From: Eubacteriales bacterium
GTDB taxonomy: Bacteria; Bacillota; Clostridia; Christensenellales; CAG-138
Length of the DNA stretch: 63,776 nt
Direction of reading: 5' to 3'
Assembly (NCBI GenBank): GCA_031549625.1
Contig: JAVBPK010000068.1
Location: 1 to 63,776, forward strand
The first letter of the stretch is position 1; every line of letters begins with the position of its first letter. Below, in pieces: positions 45,610 to 53,704 of this stretch. The position numbers and the translations under genes were made by a program. Under the pieces are notes generated by a model. It ran no database searches and was not told the DNA's origin. It worked only from the letters and a program-made list of their open reading frames with translations.

Positions 45610-46572
45610 ATGGCACCAGGTTATTATTTTTTATTCGCGTTTTTCATATTTACTTTGATTGCGGCGGTCGTGTTTTTGGTGGACAGGCTGAAGCGTTCTC
45701 GCAATACGGATTTAGAGAACTTAATCAAAGATAAAGAAAAGCGCGTATTCAAGCTGTATCAGAACCTGGAGGATTTGATCTCCAGCGTGGAAGAGTACGC
45801 GGAAGAAACCAAGGACGATATGCGCGGTTTTCGCGATGAATCCATGGCGATCCTGCAAAGCATGCAGCGTTTTCAACAGGTCCCGGCTTCAAAGCGGCGC
45901 GAAGCGGCTGAAGCGGCCGCGCCCGCGGCGGCGATCATGACGCCCGTGCCGCAAACCGCGCAGGCGGAATCCCCGCAGGCAGAACCAGCCCCTGCAGATA
46001 AAAAAGAGCCGGTGAAGGAAGCGGCTCAGCCGGCGGCTGCGCAAAAAGAGGCGCCCGCGCCGGCTGCCAAACCAACCCTGACTCCCGCGGCAAAGCAGGC
46101 GGCCACGGCAGGCGCAGCCGCAGCGAGGCCAACCGCCATAAAAGCGGCTGCTGAAAAGAAAGTGCCGCCCCTCAAGCCGGCCAACGCGGCGCAGAAGAGC
46201 AGCTCATCCGCAAAGGCGGGCAAACCGGCGGAAAAACCGGCCCAACCGGCCAACGCGAAACCAAACGAAAAAGAAACCCCGCAGAAAGCGGCCGCGAAAG
46301 CGCCGCAACCGGCGGCAAGGCTCGAAGCGCAGCAGGTACCCAAACCGGCCGCACAGCCAATCATGCAAAAGCTGCCGGAGCAACCGAAGGCCGCGCCAAA
46401 GAGGCCGCCGGAAATAAAACGCCCGCCCGAGGCGGCAAAGGGCAAGTCAAAAGGCAAGGTGGACGACGTGCGCCGCCTGAGCAACCAAGGGCTCGACGAA
46501 GAACAAATAGCGAAAGAACTTGGCCTTTCCAGGGGTGAAGTGTCATTGATTACGGGGATGTTAAAAAAATAA
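45610..46572 (+). CDS. Hypothetical membrane-anchored protein: N-terminal TM, coiled coil, Ala/Pro/Lys low-complexity region and a C-terminal HTH-like segment
   Basis: TM is YYFLFAFFIFTLIAAVVFLV. C-terminus reads DDVRRLSNQGLDEEQIAKELGLSRGEVSLITGMLKK. Confidence 0.6.
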   Translation: MAPGYYFLFAFFIFTLIAAVVFLVDRLKRSRNTDLENLIKDKEKRVFKLYQNLEDLISSVEEYAEETKDDMRGFRDESMAILQSMQRFQQVPASKRREAAEAAAPAAAIMTPVPQTAQAESPQAEPAPADKKEPVKEAAQPAAAQKEAPAPAAKPTLTPAAKQAATAGAAAARPTAIKAAAEKKVPPLKPANAAQKSSSSAKAGKPAEKPAQPANAKPNEKETPQKAAAKAPQPAARLEAQQVPKPAAQPIMQKLPEQPKAAPKRPPEIKRPPEAAKGKSKGKVDDVRRLSNQGLDEEQIAKELGLSRGEVSLITGMLKK

Positions 46573-46589
46573 TAACACCTAATTTTCAT

Positions 46590-46617
46590 TAAAGTGACAC
46601 CCTACAGTTTACGATAT
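46590..46617 (+). promoter_or_regulatory. Candidate sigma-28 promoter TAAA-N16-TACGATAT upstream of the rod genes
   Basis: TAAA at 46590-46593 and TACGATAT at 46610-46617, about 60 nt before the ATG at 46681. Confidence 0.45.
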
Positions 46618-46680
46618 AATAAATAAGCAGTGAAATGCCCATTTTTCATGTTTCATTCGCTGCATAATTTGGAGGACACT

Positions 46681-47448
46681 ATGATAAGAAGCTTGTATCT
46701 GTCCGGCACCCAAATGGTGGTGCAACGCAAGCGCATGGATGTGGTTACAAACAACATAGCAAACGCGGAAACAGCCGGATACAAGGCCGACAGCCTGCTG
46801 TCGCAATCCTTCAAAGATATGATGCTCAGCCGGGTCGGCGATCCGGCCGTGCTCAACATGCGCAAAGAAGTTGGCCCGCTTAACACAGGCGTGCATGTCG
46901 ATGAAGTCATCACGAACTTTGACGTCGGCAGCCTGCAGGAAACGGGCCGCCTGTCTGATGTCGGTTTGGCGTCCGCAGGCTTTTTCGCTATTTCTACGCC
47001 CGCAGGCGAACGATACACGCGCGACGGCAGCTTTCACTTCAACAGTGAGGGCGACCTCATTACGAGCGATGGTTACTACGTGATGGGCGAGGGCAGCGAT
47101 AAAATCAATATCAGCAACGCGGGCGCAGGGTTTACGATCGAGCCAAGCGGCAACATACTAGACGCGGAAGGCAACAATGTCGGCAAACTGCGCGTGGTAA
47201 ATTTCGAAAAACTCGAAGATTTGCGCAAAACAGGGCACAACCTCTTCCTCAACTATTCGGGCCAGCCCGTAGAAGAGGTGGAGGCATACGAGGTGCGTCA
47301 GGGTTACCTCGAGGCGTCCAATGCGCAAATGTCCATAGAAATGGTCAATATGCTGCAATTATACCGCTCTTACGAGACAAGCCAGCGCATGGTGCGCATG
47401 GTGGATGAATCGCTGGCAAAGACGGTAAACGAAGTAGGAAAGGTTTAA
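46681..47448 (+). CDS. Flagellar basal-body rod protein, FlgF/FlgG family (FlhO-like)
   Basis: ATG at 46681 follows GGAGG. Motifs: VVTNNIANAETAGYKAD and C-terminal GYLEASNAQMSIEMVNMLQLYRSYETSQRM. Confidence 0.88.
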   Translation: MIRSLYLSGTQMVVQRKRMDVVTNNIANAETAGYKADSLLSQSFKDMMLSRVGDPAVLNMRKEVGPLNTGVHVDEVITNFDVGSLQETGRLSDVGLASAGFFAISTPAGERYTRDGSFHFNSEGDLITSDGYYVMGEGSDKINISNAGAGFTIEPSGNILDAEGNNVGKLRVVNFEKLEDLRKTGHNLFLNYSGQPVEEVEAYEVRQGYLEASNAQMSIEMVNMLQLYRSYETSQRMVRMVDESLAKTVNEVGKV

Positions 47449-47460
47449 AGGAAAAGCTTT

Positions 47461-48231
47461 ATGTTTCAGGCTTCCTCAACCGGTAAAATGGCGCTTATCG
47501 CGCAACAGCAGCGTATGGATACGGTTGCGAACAATCTGGCAAATGCCAATACCAGCGGCTTTAAAGCCCGCAGCGTAACATTTAAGGATATGTTATATAC
47601 CAAGATGTACCGTCCTGTGGGCACACAGGAGGGCAACCTGCAAAAAGGCACGGGCGTGCTCGTCGCGGCCACGGATCTTCTCATGCGAAACGGCATCCCC
47701 GAAATGACTGGCGCTACGCTGGATTTCTTTCTGGAAGGCGATGGCATGTTCGTGGTGCAGGACGTGGAGGGCAACACGCGCTACACCCGAAACGGCGCGC
47801 TCACCATCTCCGTGGAGGGCAGCTCCTGCTTCCTCGTCACCTCTGAAGGCCACTATGTGCTGGACGAACAAGGCGAAAAGATCGAGTTTCCGGAGGGCGC
47901 AAATATCACGGATGTGGCGGTGGATAACGACGGCAGCCTGCGCGTAGGCAAAGAAGAACCGTTTGCCAAACTGGGACTTCGCTGGTTTCCCAATCCGTAT
48001 GGGCTGGACACCGTAGGCAGCACCTGCTTTGCCGAAAACGCGGCTTCCGGAGAACCAACCGCAGCGCCGGAAAACACAGTCGTGCGTCAGGGCTACCTCG
48101 AAGCGTCCAACGTAGATGTGGCTATGGAAATGGTCAATCTCATCAAAACACAAAGGGCGTTCTCCTTTGCCAGCAGGGCTATAACGACGGCCGACGAAAT
48201 GCAAGCGCTGGCAAATAATATGAGAAATTAA
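47461..48231 (+). CDS. flgG: Flagellar basal-body rod protein FlgG (FlhP-like)
   Basis: Motifs DTVANNLANANTSGFKA and GYLEASNVDVAMEMVNLIKTQRAFSFASRA. Confidence 0.9.
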   Translation: MFQASSTGKMALIAQQQRMDTVANNLANANTSGFKARSVTFKDMLYTKMYRPVGTQEGNLQKGTGVLVAATDLLMRNGIPEMTGATLDFFLEGDGMFVVQDVEGNTRYTRNGALTISVEGSSCFLVTSEGHYVLDEQGEKIEFPEGANITDVAVDNDGSLRVGKEEPFAKLGLRWFPNPYGLDTVGSTCFAENAASGEPTAAPENTVVRQGYLEASNVDVAMEMVNLIKTQRAFSFASRAITTADEMQALANNMRN

Positions 48232-48317
48232 CGCATATTGTTAGACCGCCGCGCATGTGTGGTAAAATATAAAGAGTGAGTTACTGCGTATGCAGTTAAA
48301 ATAGTAGGAGGCAGACC

Positions 48318-48728
48318 ATGGACATACGGCAATGCAAAGAGTGCGGAAAGCTTTTTCAATACGTGACAAAGCCAATTTGCCCGGAATGCCTGGATGAATT
48401 TGACAATATGTTTCTGAAAGTTCGGGACTATATATATAAAAATCCCGATGCAGATATAGCCGAAATCGCCGAAAAAACCGAGGTAAAAGAAAAGAGAATT
48501 CTTGAGTTTTTAAAGGAAGAACGGTTGAGCTTAAGCGATGCCAACGGGGTGCTGTCCTGTGAATCATGTGGAAGGTCCATACCGGCAGGCCGCTTTTGCA
48601 AAGGGTGTAAGGAGTCGCTGAGCAAAGCTCTCCAGCCACCAGCGCCTGTGCAAACCAAACCGGAGCCTATGCTTACATCAAGGCCCTCCGCGCGGATGCA
48701 CATCACGCAAACACATACAAAAAAATAG
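48318..48728 (+). CDS. Flagellar operon zinc-ribbon protein, YvyF-like
   Basis: CKECGKLF..CPEC zinc ribbon followed by a winged-helix-like segment. It occupies the position before flgM, as in the B. subtilis yvyF-flgM-flgN-flgK-flgL operon. Confidence 0.75.
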   Translation: MDIRQCKECGKLFQYVTKPICPECLDEFDNMFLKVRDYIYKNPDADIAEIAEKTEVKEKRILEFLKEERLSLSDANGVLSCESCGRSIPAGRFCKGCKESLSKALQPPAPVQTKPEPMLTSRPSARMHITQTHTKK

Positions 48729-48771
48729 GCAGAAAATGCCAAACAAGCGCCAAAAAAGGAAGTGAAAGAGA

Positions 48772-49047
48772 ATGAGAATCAATTCAATTCCACCACAAGA
48801 CCTCTTGTATCAATACGTACACGTTGACGAGAGGCGCCCCACGGTTAAGCCGACTATGGCTACGGACCGCGTTGAACTCACGGGTGATGCAGTTGCGTTC
48901 TCTTCCGCGCTGCGGGCTGCTAAGGAGCAAATGGAAGCAGGCGGCGTCACCAATCAAAGCCGTGTTGAAGCTATCAAAGCGCAGATTGCGGACAACAGCT
49001 ATTTTGTACCAGGTATTCGCATAGCGGAAAAGATGCTCGGCGAATAA
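48772..49047 (+). CDS. flgM: Anti-sigma-28 factor FlgM
   Basis: 91 aa. C-terminus reads RVEAIKAQIADNSYFVPGIRIAEKML. Confidence 0.85.
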   Translation: MRINSIPPQDLLYQYVHVDERRPTVKPTMATDRVELTGDAVAFSSALRAAKEQMEAGGVTNQSRVEAIKAQIADNSYFVPGIRIAEKMLGE

Positions 49048-49098
49048 CGAAATCAGCGGATACCCCTTTGCAATAGACGGGAAGGAAGGTGCAAATTT

Positions 49099-49602
49099 TT
49101 GCAACTGTTGGTTCGTGCACTCAAAAACGGAATGTCGAAGGAAAAAGAGATTTACTCCAATCTGCTGGCATTGGCGACCGAAAAAAAAGAAGTATTAATC
49201 AAAAACGATATGGCGCGCCTCGACGAAATTCAGCAAATGGAAGGCGAGGCGCTTGAAGCATTGCAAAGCTTGAACACGATGCAAAACGTTACACTCGAAA
49301 AGATCGCGCAGAAAAAGCATCTTTCCGAATCCCCTGATTTAACGGGCATTATCGAGCTGTTGCAGGATGAAAGGGAAAAGGATGAGCTGCGCGTGTTCCA
49401 ACAGGATTTTCAGGCGTTAATCATCGAATTGCAGGAAAAGAATGAACTGAACCAGCGACTGTTAGAAACCCACTTGCAATACACCAGCTTTTGCATAGAA
49501 ATGATGACTCAGGGCGACGCCGTAGGCGATTTGTATGGGAATACGGGACATGTTGCGGATGAGCCCGCACAAAGACGCGGTTTTATAAACCGGGAAGTAT
49601 AG
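49099..49602 (+). CDS. flgN: FlgN-family export chaperone
   Basis: TTG start after GGAAGG. Helical protein with motif EIYSNLLALATEKKEVLIKNDMARLDEI. It lies between flgM and flgK. Confidence 0.7.
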   Translation: MQLLVRALKNGMSKEKEIYSNLLALATEKKEVLIKNDMARLDEIQQMEGEALEALQSLNTMQNVTLEKIAQKKHLSESPDLTGIIELLQDEREKDELRVFQQDFQALIIELQEKNELNQRLLETHLQYTSFCIEMMTQGDAVGDLYGNTGHVADEPAQRRGFINREV

Positions 49603-49610
49603 AGGAAAAC

Positions 49611-51128
49611 ATGGCATCTACTTTCTTTGGACTGGAAATAGCCAAAACAGGCCTGTTTATCAGCCAAAAAAACATGAATTTAACGGGGCACAACATAGCC
49701 AACGCAGACACGGCAGGCTATACCCGCCAACGTATTATATCCGAATCCATCGACCCGAACGCCGGATACATGCATTACGCGCCGGTTGTAAAGGGGCTGG
49801 TTGGCGGCGGCGTTACCGTGCAAACATTGGAGCGCGTGCGCGACAGCTTCATAGACAGGGAGCTGCGCCGGGAATATTCCGACGCAGGCCAATATTCTGT
49901 GCGTGAAGATACGTGGCTGTATGTCGATCAACTGTTCAACGAATTCAATGACTATAGCCTTTCCGCAACCATGCGCGATTTTTTCAACAGCCTGAACGAG
50001 CTTTCCAAGGACGCGGCCAGCGGCGAAATCCGCACACATGTGCAGGCAACGGCCGAATCGCTTTCGCAGGCTATGAATTACTACTACCGCAAGCTGGATG
50101 AAACGCGCGAAACCATGAACGACAACATGGTGGCCACCACAGAGCGCGTAAACGAAATTCTTGCTTCCGTCGCGGAATACAGCAAGCATATTTACGGCTA
50201 TGAGCTGAGCGGCGAAAAGGCAAACGACCTGCGCGACAAGCGCGACGTATTGCTGGACGAGCTGTCGCAGCTGATGGATGTTACCTATTCCGAGGGAACA
50301 GACCGCATATTTACGTTAAGCACCGGCGACGGATTCGCGCTGGTCAAAAACGACGAAGTGCTGCACACCCTGTACGCGGATGATGCTGCAGGCAGCGCGC
50401 CGCTGGTAGAAATCCGCCTGCTCAACCAGGGCGGCGCAGATGTTGGCCCGCTCAATTACAAATCCGGCAAAATGCAGGGTTACCGCCAGATGCGCGACGG
50501 TTCCACGGCCGAGGACTGCGGCATCCCCTACATCATGGAGCAGCTAAACATACTGGCGCGTACCATTGCGCAGGAAATAAACGCGGTGCATGAAACGGCG
50601 TATACCTGCCCGCAGAACGGCGCATCCACAAGCGGCATCAGCCTGTTCTGGAACGGCGATACGGGCAGCGGCGCTGACTACACCGCCGTCACTGCCGAAA
50701 ACTTCCGCTTATCGGATGCTGTGCGCACGGATCCGTGGAAGATTGCCTGTTCCAAAGAAGCCATCACGAGCCTCAATCCGGATATTACATGGAGCAACAA
50801 CGTTAAAATGTTGGAGCTGGTTCAGCTCGTTTCCTCCCCCACGGCGATGGGCGCATACAGCGGCAGCTTTGAAAGCTTTTTGAGCGGCATTGTTGTGAAG
50901 ATCGGCGCGGAAGGCGGCAAGCTGCGCACATTAAACGACAGCCAGTCTTCCGTGGTGCTCAATCTCGAAAACAGGCGCCACGCGATGTCCAGCGTAAATA
51001 TAGACGAAGAGGTCACGTTGCTCGTGCAGTTCCAGCACGCGTATACGGCGAACTCCAGAATGATTACCGCCATAGACGAGGCGCTGGATGTACTTATCAA
51101 CCGTACAGGCATCGTTGGCCGCGGCTAG
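49611..51128 (+). CDS. flgK: Hook-associated protein 1 FlgK
   Basis: N-terminus reads LTGHNIANADTAGYTRQ. C-terminus reads VQFQHAYTANSRMITAIDEALDVLINRTG. Confidence 0.93.
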   Translation: MASTFFGLEIAKTGLFISQKNMNLTGHNIANADTAGYTRQRIISESIDPNAGYMHYAPVVKGLVGGGVTVQTLERVRDSFIDRELRREYSDAGQYSVREDTWLYVDQLFNEFNDYSLSATMRDFFNSLNELSKDAASGEIRTHVQATAESLSQAMNYYYRKLDETRETMNDNMVATTERVNEILASVAEYSKHIYGYELSGEKANDLRDKRDVLLDELSQLMDVTYSEGTDRIFTLSTGDGFALVKNDEVLHTLYADDAAGSAPLVEIRLLNQGGADVGPLNYKSGKMQGYRQMRDGSTAEDCGIPYIMEQLNILARTIAQEINAVHETAYTCPQNGASTSGISLFWNGDTGSGADYTAVTAENFRLSDAVRTDPWKIACSKEAITSLNPDITWSNNVKMLELVQLVSSPTAMGAYSGSFESFLSGIVVKIGAEGGKLRTLNDSQSSVVLNLENRRHAMSSVNIDEEVTLLVQFQHAYTANSRMITAIDEALDVLINRTGIVGRG

Positions 51129-51217
51129 TGTTCGCATTATTTGCGGATAACGGTTTGAATAGCGTGAATTAGGATTACATTAAATATACGATTACCGGGA
51201 ATAGAGGGATTATCAAT

Positions 51218-52198
51218 ATGAATATGCGCATTACCAGCGGTATGATTACCGGCACGTTTCTAAGAAATCTGAACGCGAACGCAAACGCGATGGATAAGTA
51301 TCAAAATCAGCTTCAGACTGGCAGGCGCGTGAAATATCTCTCTGACGATCCGGTAGGCATACTGCAAAGCATGCGCGCCCGCGTAAAAATTTATCGCAGC
51401 GAGCAATACCAGCGCAACCTTGACGACGCAAAGGATTGGCTGTCGCAGGCGGAAACCTGTGCCAACGAATTGAATAAGGTCATCCAGCTAGCGTATGAAA
51501 ACACAGTGCAGATTACGTCCCAAACATACAGCACCATGGACAGGCAAGCTACCGCCCAGCTGATTGGCCAGCTGCGCGACCAAGTGCTGACCATAGCAAA
51601 CAGCCAGGAAAGCGCGCGCTACATATTTGGCGGCTACATGACGACGGATCGCCCCTTTACTCTGGTTGGCGGTAAAATCTGCTACAAAGGCATCGATATG
51701 ACCGATCCGGCAAATGTGGCGGATTTGACAGCGGAAAGCCAGGAATCCATCGAATTCGAGATCGGATTCGGGCTAAAAATGGAAACAACAATCTCCGGCG
51801 CAAAGGTGATGGGTATCGGTGATGAAAACATCTATCACATACTCGACAATCTTTACACCACGCTGAACAATCCGGCTTCCACATTTGACGACATCAGCCA
51901 GTATATTTCCCAGCTGAACGGCGTACCGGGATCTGCCGGCGCGCCTGCCCAAAAAGGCGCGCAGGATAGAATACTAAGCATACTCGCGGATATCGGCGGC
52001 CGCACGAACCGGCTGGATCTGATGGCCAGCCGCTATGCGGATGATATTCTCAACTATACGGAAATCAAATCCCGCGTGGAAGATGCGGATGAGGCAGAGG
52101 CTATCATGGGGCTCAAAATGGCGGAATCCGTATACCTTTCCGCGCTCAGCGCAGGCGCTAAGATCATACAGCCTACGCTTTTGAACTACCTGAATTAG
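51218..52198 (+). CDS. flgL: Hook-associated protein 3 FlgL
   Basis: Flagellin-like N-terminus (MRITSGMITGTFLRNLN..QLQTGRRV) and C-terminus. 326 aa. Confidence 0.9.
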   Translation: MNMRITSGMITGTFLRNLNANANAMDKYQNQLQTGRRVKYLSDDPVGILQSMRARVKIYRSEQYQRNLDDAKDWLSQAETCANELNKVIQLAYENTVQITSQTYSTMDRQATAQLIGQLRDQVLTIANSQESARYIFGGYMTTDRPFTLVGGKICYKGIDMTDPANVADLTAESQESIEFEIGFGLKMETTISGAKVMGIGDENIYHILDNLYTTLNNPASTFDDISQYISQLNGVPGSAGAPAQKGAQDRILSILADIGGRTNRLDLMASRYADDILNYTEIKSRVEDADEAEAIMGLKMAESVYLSALSAGAKIIQPTLLNYLN

Positions 52199-52227
52199 CA
52201 TAAATACAAATTCAAGGAGTGATTGGC

Positions 52228-52821
52228 ATGGATGCCGTAAGAGTGCAAAGTGAGCGCCCTGTGTTGGAGATCACCACGCACAACGCAAAACTGCATATTA
52301 CGCACAGCAAACCGAGGATGCGCATTCGCACCAAGCGCCCAACCATGCACATCGAAAGACAGCAGCCTACATTTAAAATGAACTGGGCAGATGTGCAAAA
52401 GCAAATCAAGGGCAATTTGGGTACGGGCTTTTCGCCTGAGTACAAAAGCCGCATGCGCCAAAAAACATTGGAAGCGATTGGCAAGCTTTCCGTGATGGGG
52501 GATAAAATGGCCCATACTGAAACGGGCCAAACAATACCCATCATACTGAAAGATGAGTTTTTGCACAAACCGATGCCCGAGGTGCAGCTGCAGTCGCTGG
52601 ATCCCGCCACGCCGAAAGTTGAGTGGAACGAAGGCCACTTCTCTATCGAATGGTCAGACTATGTGCTTGAGATCGAATGGGAGGAAGCCGACGCGCCGGA
52701 AATCCAGGTGGAACCGTATTCTGTGGAAGTGCGCATACGCAACGAGCCCGTTGTTCGCTTTAAAATGAATCCGAAAAAAGTAAAAGACCCTGTGGGCAAT
52801 AATGTGGATAAAACAGTATAG
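52228..52821 (+). CDS. YviE-like protein (the conserved gene between flgL and fliW)
   Basis: ATG at 52228 follows AAGGAG. Assigned by synteny with B. subtilis flgL-yviE-fliW-csrA-hag. Confidence 0.6.
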   Translation: MDAVRVQSERPVLEITTHNAKLHITHSKPRMRIRTKRPTMHIERQQPTFKMNWADVQKQIKGNLGTGFSPEYKSRMRQKTLEAIGKLSVMGDKMAHTETGQTIPIILKDEFLHKPMPEVQLQSLDPATPKVEWNEGHFSIEWSDYVLEIEWEEADAPEIQVEPYSVEVRIRNEPVVRFKMNPKKVKDPVGNNVDKTV

Positions 52822-52847
52822 AGCTGGTACAAAGGTGGTAAAATAGC

Positions 52848-53336
52848 ATGATTATCGAAACCGAGCGCTTCGGACAGATAGAACTGCAGGAATGCAGGAT
52901 AATAGAGTTTGCGCATGGGCTTCCCGGGCTTGAAGAGCTCCATAAATACATCATACTGGAGGTCACGGAATCAAAGCCGCTCTATTGGCTGCAATCCATC
53001 GAAAGCAAACATATTTGCCTGCCCGTTATCATCCCGTTTGAATTTATGGAAGATTATTTCATCGAAATCCGCGACTGCGAAATGGAAGAACTAAAACTCG
53101 AGGGAAAAGACGATTTGCTCATCATGAATGTAGTCGTTATCCCCGAAGACATTCGGCAGATGACGGCAAACATGGCCGCGCCGATCGTCGTAAACGCAAA
53201 ACAGGGCATGGGCAAGCAGTTCATAATCGATGCAAAAGACCTCCCCATACGGCTTCCTATTTATGATATGATTATGAACAAGCTGAAGAAAGAGGGGGTG
53301 CAGGCCGATGCTGGTATTGTCGAGAAAGAAGGGTGA
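52848..53336 (+). CDS. fliW: Flagellar assembly factor FliW (CsrA antagonist / flagellin partner)
   Basis: Motif: FGQIELQECRIIEFAHGLPGLEELHKYIIL..PLYWLQS. Confidence 0.9.
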   Translation: MIIETERFGQIELQECRIIEFAHGLPGLEELHKYIILEVTESKPLYWLQSIESKHICLPVIIPFEFMEDYFIEIRDCEMEELKLEGKDDLLIMNVVVIPEDIRQMTANMAAPIVVNAKQGMGKQFIIDAKDLPIRLPIYDMIMNKLKKEGVQADAGIVEKEG

Positions 53337-53574
53337 AAAGCTGGCCATCGGGCCGAATATCACCATCGAAATACTTGGCGTAGAAGGCGACCGCGTCCGC
53401 GTGGGCATCGACGCGCCTAAAGAGGTACGGATATTCCGCAAGGAGCTTTTGGAAGAGACCATCGATATCAATAAGACCGCGCTCAGCACGCCGGTAGTGG
53501 ATTTTTTTGCATCGGGCGGGATAAAGCAAGAAGCGCAGCCAGTCGCACAACCGAATGTATTTAACAAAGAATAA
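53308..53574 (+). CDS. csrA: Carbon storage regulator CsrA (flagellar type with a C-terminal extension)
   Basis: Sequence MLVLSRKKGEKLAIGPNITIEILGVEGDRVRVGIDAPKEVRIFRKEL. Overlaps fliW by 29 nt. Confidence 0.93.
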   Translation: MLVLSRKKGEKLAIGPNITIEILGVEGDRVRVGIDAPKEVRIFRKELLEETIDINKTALSTPVVDFFASGGIKQEAQPVAQPNVFNKE

Positions 53575-53616
53575 GGCGGCGCGGGCGCGCAACACGCCTT
53601 TTTCTTTTTTATTTTT
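53574..53616 (+). terminator. Intrinsic terminator after csrA
   Basis: aaggcg..GC-rich..cgcctt stem followed by TTTCTTTTTTATTTTT. Confidence 0.75.
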
Positions 53617-53704
53617 CAAATGACATATTTTGTAATGTGGAGAAGCGCGTGCAGCGCACAGGTGATTCTTGAACAACTGACTGGTCGATTGTTTGGAGGG
53701 GTAC

